A DNA stretch of 36,209 nucleotides. Origin: Alphaproteobacteria bacterium (GTDB taxonomy: Bacteria > Pseudomonadota > Alphaproteobacteria > Sphingomonadales > Sphingomonadaceae). Below the pieces are notes generated by a model. That model searched no databases, was not told the origin of the DNA, and worked only from the letters and a program-made list of their open reading frames with translations. Both the position numbers and the translations under genes were made by a program. The DNA is taken from assembly GCA_018830415.1 (NCBI GenBank), contig JAHJSJ010000277.1:1-36209 (forward strand), in the 5' to 3' direction. Shown here one piece after another: positions 17,878 through 27,680 of this stretch (position 1 is its first letter; each line of letters opens with the position of its first letter).

Positions 17878-18609
17878 ATGGCATCGATCGCGGTTTACAG
17901 CGTCAAAGGCGGGGTGGGAAAGACCACGCTCGCGGCCAATCTGGCCTGGTGCGCGGCCAGCATCTCGCGCCGCAAAACGCTGCTGTGGGATCTGGATGCG
18001 GCCAATGGATCAGGCTTTCTACTGGGGGTCGACCCCAAGAGAAAACATAGCGCAGACAGTATGTTCGGGGATGGCGGCGATCCGGCCAAGCTGATCCAGC
18101 CGACCGCCTATGCGGGCCTTGATCTGCTGCCCGCCGATGAAACCATCCGCAAGCTTGACCGCCAGCTTGACCGGATCGGCAAGAAGAAGCGGCTCGCCCG
18201 GATGACGGCAGCGCTGGCGAAAGAATATGACCGGATAATCTTCGATTGCCCCCCTGTTCTCAATGAGTTGAGCGCGCAGGTAATCCGCGCCGCCGATCTC
18301 ATCATCGTGCCGCTGCCCCCCTCCCCGCTATCCGCGCGCGCCTTTGATGTGGTGGTGGAAGAAGTGCGCGGTTCGGGCAAAGGGCACCCGCCGATCCTGC
18401 CCGTTCTGTCGATGATTGACCTGCGCCGGACACTCCACCGCGAAGCGCGCGAGGCGAACCCGAACTGGCCCGTCATCCCGCTGGCGAGCGCGGTGGAACA
18501 ATGCGCGGTGGAACGCAGGCCTGTAGGCGCGTTTGCCCCGCGCTCTCCGGCGGCGCGGGCGATTTCCCAACTGTGGACCGCGATCGAACGCAAGCTCGCC
18601 AGCCGATAA
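17878..18609 (+). CDS. Orphan ParA/Soj-family ATPase
   Basis: Deviant Walker A KGGVGKTT, LLWDLD, YDRIIFDCPP. No adjacent parB. Confidence 0.9.
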   Translation: MASIAVYSVKGGVGKTTLAANLAWCAASISRRKTLLWDLDAANGSGFLLGVDPKRKHSADSMFGDGGDPAKLIQPTAYAGLDLLPADETIRKLDRQLDRIGKKKRLARMTAALAKEYDRIIFDCPPVLNELSAQVIRAADLIIVPLPPSPLSARAFDVVVEEVRGSGKGHPPILPVLSMIDLRRTLHREAREANPNWPVIPLASAVEQCAVERRPVGAFAPRSPAARAISQLWTAIERKLASR

Positions 18610-18640
18610 TCCGCGCGTTCCGGCTGCCCCGACGGCAAGC

Positions 18641-18673
18641 AAAAAAAGGGCGCCCGGATCGCTCCGGACGCCC
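18641..18673 (-). terminator. Intrinsic terminator after ftsH
   Basis: Minus strand reads GGGCGTCCGGA-GCGA-TCCGGGCGCCC-TTTTTTT. Confidence 0.85.
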
Positions 18674-18697
18674 ATGATTTTGCGATGCGCTGAAGGA

Positions 18698-20653
<1,956 letters not shown>

Positions 20654-20680
20654 TGCACGGGAATCCTTTCGTCACCGACA

Positions 20681-20708
20681 ATGTAGGGCGCGCACTGTGA
20701 ATGGCAAG
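20681..20708 (-). promoter_or_regulatory. Putative RpoH (sigma32) promoter of ftsH
   Basis: Minus strand CTTGCC, 15 nt, CCTACAT, resembling the alphaproteobacterial RpoH consensus CTTG..N15-16-CCTATAT. ftsH is a classic heat-shock gene. Confidence 0.6.
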
Positions 20709-20758
20709 ATAACGCGCCCGTTTGGCGCAGCGCTGATATTCGATCAGCGTGATGCCAA

Positions 20759-21421
20759 TTATCGATGGCAGGCAACGCCGTAAGCGGCCAAAAACACATC
20801 AACCGCTCCCGCGATCCGGCGTTCGAAGTTTTCCGGAGTGACTGCCGCGCCAAACCGGCGCTCAAGATCGTCCATGCCTTTGCACAGCGAAACGAATTGT
20901 TCGGCAGCAAGTTCGGGATCGTCCAGCACCAGTTCGCCCGTTTCGGCGCAATAGCGCAGATAGGCGGCAAACCCGTGCTTCATGCGGCGCGGCCCCGCAT
21001 CCAGAAACACTTCGCCAATCGCCGGTTCGGTCTCGGTCTCGGCGGCGATGCGGCGATCGAACTGGATCATTTCCGGGCGGGACAGGAAAGCGCAAATCGC
21101 CTCTCCGATTGCGGTCAGACGTTCGCGGATGGTGCCCTGCGGCATGGCGTCCAATGAAAAATGGCCGCGCAATTTCTCACATTCGCACGCGACCGCCGCC
21201 GCGAACAGCGCGCGCTTGTCGCCGAACTGGTTGTAGATCGTCACCTTGGAAACGCCCGCATCGGCGGCGATCTGTTCAATTGCGGTCGCGGCATAACCGT
21301 GCTCGAAAAAATGCCGCGCCGCCATATCGATAATGCCCTGTCGCTTGGTCACGTCTGACGGACGACCCGCCTTGCGGGGGCCTGAACATTCGTTGTTGGC
21401 GGATGAACCGCAGGTTGACAA
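20759..21421 (-). CDS. TetR/AcrR family transcriptional regulator (start uncertain)
   Basis: GRP...FFEHGYAATAIEQIAADAGVSKVTIYNQFGDKRALF HTH. Divergent from an efflux operon. Confidence 0.92.
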   Translation of the reverse strand: MSTCGSSANNECSGPRKAGRPSDVTKRQGIIDMAARHFFEHGYAATAIEQIAADAGVSKVTIYNQFGDKRALFAAAVACECEKLRGHFSLDAMPQGTIRERLTAIGEAICAFLSRPEMIQFDRRIAAETETEPAIGEVFLDAGPRRMKHGFAAYLRYCAETGELVLDDPELAAEQFVSLCKGMDDLERRFGAAVTPENFERRIAGAVDVFLAAYGVACHR

Positions 21422-21457
21422 AGTGAACGGCTCCGTTCAATTAAACGCTGTCGTTCA
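21415..21457. promoter_or_regulatory. Tandem TetR operators in the divergent promoter
   Basis: TGAACGG-CT-CCGTTCA (21424-21439, perfect inverted repeat) and a degenerate copy TAAACGC-TG-TCGTTCA (21442-21457), just after TTGACA (21415-21420). Confidence 0.7.
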
Positions 21458-21515
21458 TAATTGCTCCTCCCAGACCAATCTTGCAACCCCGCTTTCGCAA
21501 AGAGGTTTCCCGCGC

Positions 21516-22652
21516 GTGATCTGGATCGCCATCAGGATGCTTACCGGTGACGCCCAGAAGTTTTACGGGCTGTTGTTCGGCATCGCCTTTTCGACGCTGC
21601 TGATCACCCAGCAGATGACGATTTTCGTCAATCTGGTCGAGCGCGGGTCAAGCGGGGTCTATAACGCGCCCGAAGCTGAAGTGTGGGTGATGGACCCGGT
21701 CAGCCGCACCACCGATGTCAACTTCGCCATGCCCAGCACCGCGCTCGACAAGGTGCGTTCGGTCGAAGGTGTCGAATGGGCGGTGCCGCATCTGCGCGCT
21801 CAAGCATCGGTGCGCACGCGCGATGGCGATCTGGAAGGCGTGGCTGTCATCGGGGTCGATGATGCGACCCTGATCGGCATGCCCGCGCGTATGGCGCAAG
21901 GCGACAAATCGGTGTTGTTCGCGCCCGATGCGGTGGTGATCGACGATACCGGAACAACCCGGTTTTTCCCTCCGGAAATCAGCCCGATCGGCGAACGGCT
22001 CGAACTCAATGATCAACGCGCAGTGATCCTCGGCATCGCGGATTCGATCCCCAGCTTCACCAGCACCGTGGTGCTCTACACCCGCTTTTCCAACGCGCTC
22101 AATTTCGTCCCCGGCACCCGCAACCGGCTCAGTTTCGTGCTGGTCGGCGTGGCCGATGGGCAGACCCCAGAAGGCGTCGCCGCGCGGATTGAGGCCGAAA
22201 CCGGGCTGAAGGCGCAAACCCGCGATCAATTCGCCCGCGCGGGGGTGGATTTCATCATCGAAAACACCGGCATCCCGACCAATTTCGGGATCACCGTATT
22301 CCTTGGCTTCGTGGTGGGCGTGGCGATTGTCGGCCTGACCTTCAGTCTGTTCATCCGCGACAATATCAAGCAGTTCGGGGCATTGAAGGCCATCGGAGTC
22401 ACCAATGGCAAGATCATGGCCATGGTGGCGGCGCAGGCGGGACTGGTCGGCATGATCGGCTATGCGTTGGGCGTAATGGGTACCGTGGCGTTTATCCAAG
22501 GGTTCAGCGCCAATCCGTTCTTCAAGGGGTTCTATATCCCCTGGCAGATCCCGCTGATCAGTCTGGTGGCAGTCATCATCATCCTCGCGATTACCGGTCT
22601 GCTGGCGATCCGCAGCGTGCTCAACACCGAACCCGCGTCGGTGTTCAGGTGA
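21516..22652 (+). CDS. ABC exporter permease (MacB/FtsX/DevC type)
   Basis: GTG start at 21516. One TM, a large periplasmic domain, then three TM. KQFGALKAIG, EPASVFR. Confidence 0.88.
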   Translation: MIWIAIRMLTGDAQKFYGLLFGIAFSTLLITQQMTIFVNLVERGSSGVYNAPEAEVWVMDPVSRTTDVNFAMPSTALDKVRSVEGVEWAVPHLRAQASVRTRDGDLEGVAVIGVDDATLIGMPARMAQGDKSVLFAPDAVVIDDTGTTRFFPPEISPIGERLELNDQRAVILGIADSIPSFTSTVVLYTRFSNALNFVPGTRNRLSFVLVGVADGQTPEGVAARIEAETGLKAQTRDQFARAGVDFIIENTGIPTNFGITVFLGFVVGVAIVGLTFSLFIRDNIKQFGALKAIGVTNGKIMAMVAAQAGLVGMIGYALGVMGTVAFIQGFSANPFFKGFYIPWQIPLISLVAVIIILAITGLLAIRSVLNTEPASVFR

Positions 22653-23398
22653 GCGCGGCGGCGATTATGGACACCAGATCCATCGGCGGATGCGACCCGC
22701 AGTCGGCGATCTGTGCGCGCGGCATAACCCGCGATTTCGAGGCCGGGCAGACCACTATCCGGGTGCTGCACGGAATCGATACCGACATCCGTTCGGGCGA
22801 GATGACCTATGTCGTGGGCGAGAGCGGATCGGGCAAAACCACCCTTATCTCGATCATGTGCGGCATATTGTGGCCGACATCGGGCGAAGTGAAGGTGTTC
22901 GGCACCGATATCTACAAACTGTCGGATACCGAACTGGTCAATTTCCGCCTCAACAATATCGGCTTTATCTTTCAGCAATATAACCTGATCCCTTCAATCG
23001 ATGCGGTGACCAATGCCGCCGTGCCGCTGATTGCGCAGGGTATGCGGATTGCCGAAGCGCGGAAGCGCGCGCAGGTGCTTCTGGACAAGCTCAATATCGG
23101 TGACGAGGCGCTCAAGCTGCCGCGCCAGTTGTCCGGCGGGCAACAGCAGCGCGTCGCCATCGCGCGTGCGCTGGTGCACGAACCGCGATTGGTGGTGTGC
23201 GATGAACCGACCGCCGCGCTTGATGCGCGTTCGGGGCGGCGGGTGATGGATTTGCTGCGCGAAGTCGCGGTTGCGCCGGATCGCGCCTGCATCATCGTCA
23301 CCCACGACAACCGCATTTTCGATCTGGCTGACCGGATCATCGTGCTCGAAGACGGGCGCGTCACCCATGACGGCACGGAAATGCCCGATGAACATTAA
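22649..23398 (+). CDS. ABC transporter ATP-binding protein (LolD/MacB type)
   Basis: GESGSGKT, GFIFQQYNL, LSGGQQQRVAIARAL, DEPTAALD, VTHD. Confidence 0.95.
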   Translation: MSAAAIMDTRSIGGCDPQSAICARGITRDFEAGQTTIRVLHGIDTDIRSGEMTYVVGESGSGKTTLISIMCGILWPTSGEVKVFGTDIYKLSDTELVNFRLNNIGFIFQQYNLIPSIDAVTNAAVPLIAQGMRIAEARKRAQVLLDKLNIGDEALKLPRQLSGGQQQRVAIARALVHEPRLVVCDEPTAALDARSGRRVMDLLREVAVAPDRACIIVTHDNRIFDLADRIIVLEDGRVTHDGTEMPDEH

Positions 23399-23440
23399 TT
23401 CAAGCGCCCTGCCCCTTTCCCCCTCCACCACGCCGAGGAC

Positions 23441-24424
23441 ATGATGTTCCGCAACCTGAGTTTTTCCCGCCAGATCCTGCCGATAGCGGCGCTGATCGGG
23501 GTGGCCATCGCGGCCTGGCTGATTTTTTTTAGCCAGCCCGACCGAACCACCACCGAACCGGGCGAACAGCCGCCCAAGGCGTCAGGCGAACTGCGCAATG
23601 CTCCGCGTGTGGCGGGTGCCGGAGTGGTCGAACCGGCAAGCGAGGTGATCGATATCGGATCGGCGCTGTCAGGGCTGGTCACGGATGTCCGGGTGCGCCC
23701 CGGCGATCGGGTGGCCAGAGGGGACGTGCTGTTCATGGTCGATGCGCGTGCCGCGCGCGCCAGCCTTGCCCAGGCCGAAGCTGCGGTCAGCGAAGCCCGC
23801 GCGGCGATTGCCGAGGCACAGGCGGCGCAGGCAACCGCGCGCCAGCAGCTTGATCTCTACCGCCAGCTGGCCGACCCCGCTGCGGTCAGCCGCGCCGAGG
23901 TGATCCGGGCCGAAGGTGACGAGGCCGCTGCGACAAGCCGGCTTGGCCTTTCCCGCGCGCGCCTTGCCGCCGCCCAGGCCGCTGCGGCAGCCGCCCGCAC
24001 CGAAATCGAACGGCTGGTGGTGCGCGCGCCGATTGCCGGTGAGATCCTTGCCGTCAACATCCGCCCCGGCGAATTCGTCGCCACGCAGGGCGGCAGCACG
24101 CAGCCCTTCATCCAGATGGGCGACACCACCCCGCTGCACGTGCGGGTCGATATTGACGAAAACGAAGTCGCGCGGGTTGCAATCGGAGAGCCTGCGATCA
24201 TCTCGCCGCGCGGCGCGGCCGAAGTGCAGGTGACGGCCACCTTTGTGCGCGCCGAGCCATTGGTGGTGCCCAAGCGATCGCTCACCAACAGCGCGGCCGA
24301 ACGGGTCGATGTGCGGGTCTTGCAGGTGATCTATGCCCTGCCCCCCAGCGACGTGTTCCGCGTGGGCCAGCAGATCGATGCCTTCATCCCGGCCAAACCG
24401 GCCCCTGCGGGCAAGGGGGACTGA
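23441..24424 (+). CDS. Periplasmic adaptor / membrane fusion protein
   Basis: N-terminal TM, VRPGDRVARGDVL lipoyl half-motif, Ala-rich coiled coil, VRAPIAGEIL. Confidence 0.9.
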   Translation: MMFRNLSFSRQILPIAALIGVAIAAWLIFFSQPDRTTTEPGEQPPKASGELRNAPRVAGAGVVEPASEVIDIGSALSGLVTDVRVRPGDRVARGDVLFMVDARAARASLAQAEAAVSEARAAIAEAQAAQATARQQLDLYRQLADPAAVSRAEVIRAEGDEAAATSRLGLSRARLAAAQAAAAAARTEIERLVVRAPIAGEILAVNIRPGEFVATQGGSTQPFIQMGDTTPLHVRVDIDENEVARVAIGEPAIISPRGAAEVQVTATFVRAEPLVVPKRSLTNSAAERVDVRVLQVIYALPPSDVFRVGQQIDAFIPAKPAPAGKGD

Positions 24425-24428
24425 GGCG

Positions 24429-25856
24429 ATGTCCCGCTCCGCCCCCACGATCCGCGCGTTGGCGAGCGCCGCGCTGCTGCCGCTGATGCTGGCTGGCTGC
24501 ATGGTGCACCCCGCGCCCGAAATCGCCACGCCAACGCCAGATTTGCCCGAAGCGTTCTTCTTCGCGCCTGATGCAGACGCGCAAACTGCGCTTGCCGCGC
24601 TGATGCCAATGGACGATCCGGCATACAGCACGCTTGCCGATGCCGCGATTGCCGAAGCGCCCAGTTTGGCCGAAGCACTCGCCCGGATCGACAGCGCGCG
24701 CGCAGGTGCCCGCCGTGCCGGGGCCGAACGCCTGCCCAATATCACCGCCGATGGCAGCGTCCGGCAGAACCGCATCAATACCAACCAGTTCGGCGAAGCG
24801 GGCCGGCAAGGCTTCGTACCATCCGAGCAGACCACCTACGGTGCCAACATCACCGCCAGCTGGGATCCGGATATTTTTGGCCAGATCAAGGCGCAAGAAC
24901 GCGCCGCGCTGGCCCGGGTCGATGCTGCCAACGCGCAGGCACAAGGCGTGCGGCTGGCACTGCTGGCGGAAATCGCGGGTAGCGTCACCGATTGGCGGGT
25001 GATCGAAGCCCGCACCGCCGCGATTGACGCCGATGTTGCCGCCGCCAAACAACTCGCCAGCCTTGCCAAGGTGCGTGAGGACGCCGGGATCGCCCCCGGT
25101 TTCGACCGCGTGCGGGCCGAAGCCACCGCCAGTTCTTCCGCCGTGCGCCTCGCCGCGCTGAACAGCGAACGCGCGCGGCTCATCGGGCGGCTTGTCACGC
25201 TGACGGGCCAAGATGCGGCAAGCGTGCGCGCGGCCTTGGGGACCGCCGCGCCTACGAGGGTCGTGGCCGCGCCGCCCGCTTCGCTGCCGTCAGAATTGCT
25301 CGCCAACCGCCCCGATGTCGTCGCCGCCGCCGCCAATCTCGCCGCCAGCGATGCCGATCTGGCCGCCGCCGCGCGCGCGCGTTTTCCGCGCATCACCTTG
25401 ACCGGCATCATCGGATTGGCGGCGTTCCAGCCTGAAAACTTTTTTGACGAGGATTCGATTATCGGCACGCTGACCGGTGCGATTGCCGGGCCGCTGCTCG
25501 ATTTCGGGCGGGTGGCGGCTGAAATTGACGGCGCGGCAGCGGACAAGCGCGCCGCCTTTGCTGCCTATCGCGGCGCAGTGTTTCAGGCGCTGGGCGACGC
25601 CGAGATAGCCTATGGTCTGGTCACCGCTGCCGATGAAGAGGCGCGGTTGACGGTCAGTGAGCGCGATCAGTTAAACCGCGCCGCCGCACTCAGCGAAACA
25701 CGTTACCGCGCGGGCCTCGCCAGTTTTCTCGAAGTGCTCGAAGATCGCCGCGCCGCTGATGCCAGCGGCGAACGCGCTGCGGCTGCTTTGGGCCGGGCAT
25801 CGCGGGCGCGCATCCTGTTGTGGCAGGCGCTGGGGGGTGACGATTTCGGGCTCTAA
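24429..25856 (+). CDS. Outer-membrane efflux lipoprotein (NodT/OprM family)
   Basis: Lipobox LAGC, SWDPDIFG, LPSELLANRPDV, LWQALGG. Confidence 0.9.
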   Translation: MSRSAPTIRALASAALLPLMLAGCMVHPAPEIATPTPDLPEAFFFAPDADAQTALAALMPMDDPAYSTLADAAIAEAPSLAEALARIDSARAGARRAGAERLPNITADGSVRQNRINTNQFGEAGRQGFVPSEQTTYGANITASWDPDIFGQIKAQERAALARVDAANAQAQGVRLALLAEIAGSVTDWRVIEARTAAIDADVAAAKQLASLAKVREDAGIAPGFDRVRAEATASSSAVRLAALNSERARLIGRLVTLTGQDAASVRAALGTAAPTRVVAAPPASLPSELLANRPDVVAAAANLAASDADLAAAARARFPRITLTGIIGLAAFQPENFFDEDSIIGTLTGAIAGPLLDFGRVAAEIDGAAADKRAAFAAYRGAVFQALGDAEIAYGLVTAADEEARLTVSERDQLNRAAALSETRYRAGLASFLEVLEDRRAADASGERAAAALGRASRARILLWQALGGDDFGL

Positions 25857-25866
25857 GGCCCTGACC

Positions 25867-26871
25867 CTAGAGAATGACCCGCTCGAACAACCAGAAACTG
25901 CCAGTTATACCGATGCCATAGGCGGCGATGCGCAGCGCGGGCTGTTCAAGCCTTGGCGCGGCGCGGCTTATCGCGGCGAGCAGCGCCAGAACCCCCGCGA
26001 TCACCAGCAATTGTCCCGCTTCGACCCCGATATTGAACGCCAGCAGCGCGGCCGCGATTTCCCCCTGCGGCAGACCGATTTCGGCCAGCGCCCCAGCAAA
26101 GCCGAAGCCGTGAAACAGGCCAAAGCCGAACGCGACCAGCCACGGCACGCGCCGGGCCCATGTCCGCCGCTGCGGATCGCGCAGCACCAGCGCAACCTCC
26201 ACCGCAAGGAACACGATCGAAAGCGCGATCAGCGCCTCGACCGGGCGGCTCGGCAGGCCGGTATAGCCCAGCGCGGTCGCCACCAGCGTGATCGAATGGG
26301 CGATGGTGAAGGCGGTCGCCGCCTTTATCACCGGCCATGGCGCGCGCACCAGCAACACCAGCGCGATCACGAACAGCAGATGATCCCAACCCCACAGGAT
26401 GTGCTGCGCGCCGATGATGAAATAATCGCGCGCCACCTGCCACCGGTCGGGCGCGGCGGCGATGGCGGCGGTGGGGGCAGCGGCGGTCAGGCGGAACGTT
26501 TGCGCTGTGCCTTCGCGCGGGATCATGCGGGCAATGGCATCAGCGCTGCCGATCAGTTCGGAAAAACCGAAGACCTCACCCGCCAGCGTGCCCGCGCACA
26601 TCAGCCGCGCGCTACCGAGCAATGCCGTGGGCGCGGCGCGCTGCACCAGTTTACCCTGCATGGTGCAGGCTGCGGGGATTACCGGGCCGGGCAGTGCGGC
26701 GATTTCCCCGCTGCGCGTTGCGGCGATGGGGATCTGCCATTCGATCGTCCATTCACCCGAAGCACGTTCGGTCAATTCGATCACCGCAGGGCGCAATTCA
26801 TCGGCGGCGAGCGGCGCAGCAGCGCAGGCGGCCCACAGCGCGGCCAGCATCGCCACCACGCGGCGGATCAT
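25867..26871 (-). CDS. HupE/UreJ-family membrane protein with N-terminal periplasmic domain
   Basis: Signal peptide, HILWGWDHLLF, AFTIAHSITL, FGLFHGFGFA, FNIGVEAGQ. Confidence 0.88.
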   Translation of the reverse strand: MIRRVVAMLAALWAACAAAPLAADELRPAVIELTERASGEWTIEWQIPIAATRSGEIAALPGPVIPAACTMQGKLVQRAAPTALLGSARLMCAGTLAGEVFGFSELIGSADAIARMIPREGTAQTFRLTAAAPTAAIAAAPDRWQVARDYFIIGAQHILWGWDHLLFVIALVLLVRAPWPVIKAATAFTIAHSITLVATALGYTGLPSRPVEALIALSIVFLAVEVALVLRDPQRRTWARRVPWLVAFGFGLFHGFGFAGALAEIGLPQGEIAAALLAFNIGVEAGQLLVIAGVLALLAAISRAAPRLEQPALRIAAYGIGITGSFWLFERVIL

Positions 26872-27680
26872 TGCGCGATCTCGACCCGGTAGGCTTCGCG
26901 CAGAACGGTGAAGGCGCGTTCCTTGCGCGCGGCGATTTCGGCGCTGCGCCAGTCGTTTTCGACTTGCTTGCGGATCGTCTCAAACGCGGGGGCCGCGCCC
27001 GAACCGCGTGCACGCAGCCGCACCAGATGCCAGCCAAAGCCCGAACGCAGCGGGCCTTGCCATGCTGTTCCCGGTTGCAGCTTACTCAGCCCCGCGGCAA
27101 ACACCTCCCCCAGCCGCGTCTGCACCTCCTGCTGGCTGACCTGTTCAAGGCTTTGCGGCAGGCTGATCGGATCGCCCGCGCGCTGCCAGTCACCGGTGAC
27201 TGACAGCCCCGGCAAGGCCGCCCGGGCTGCGCTTTCGCTGGCGAAATAGAGCTGATCGAAACTGGCCGCCCCGGCATCGGCATAGCGCGTGCGGTGGGTT
27301 TCATAGAAGGCGCGCAGCAGCGCCTCGTCCGGATCGGCTGCTTCCGCCGCCGTGCTGGCCGACAGGTCCATTTTGGTCACAAGCCGCCGCCGCACAACCG
27401 CGTCACCCTGATCCAGCCCCAGCCGCAGCGCCTCACGATAGAGCACCTCGTCACGCACGAACCGATCGATCGCGGTGGCAAGTTCGGCATCGGTCGGCGC
27501 GCGGCCCATCATGCGTTGGAATTGCAGCGCCAGTTCAGCCTGCTGCGCGCGATCGACCGAAATCACCCGGCTGGCAGGATCGACCTCACCGGAGCTGCTC
27601 CAGGTAAGCAGCGCGAACAGCGCGAAGCCTGCGACAAGAAAGTGGACCAACGGTTCTCGCGTCCAGCCGGAAAGCCTCAC
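26868..27680 (-). CDS. Parvulin/PpiC-like (rotamase) membrane-anchored protein
   Basis: REPLVHFL, EVLYREALRLGLD, VVRRRL, WQGPLRSGFGWHLV. Confidence 0.8.
   Translation of the reverse strand: MRLSGWTREPLVHFLVAGFALFALLTWSSSGEVDPASRVISVDRAQQAELALQFQRMMGRAPTDAELATAIDRFVRDEVLYREALRLGLDQGDAVVRRRLVTKMDLSASTAAEAADPDEALLRAFYETHRTRYADAGAASFDQLYFASESAARAALPGLSVTGDWQRAGDPISLPQSLEQVSQQEVQTRLGEVFAAGLSKLQPGTAWQGPLRSGFGWHLVRLRARGSGAAPAFETIRKQVENDWRSAEIAARKERAFTVLREAYRVEIAQ

Noticed and set aside
23740-24000. GCC/GCG-rich repetitive DNA in the MFP gene
   Set aside because: Explained by the Ala-rich coiled coil of the adaptor protein.
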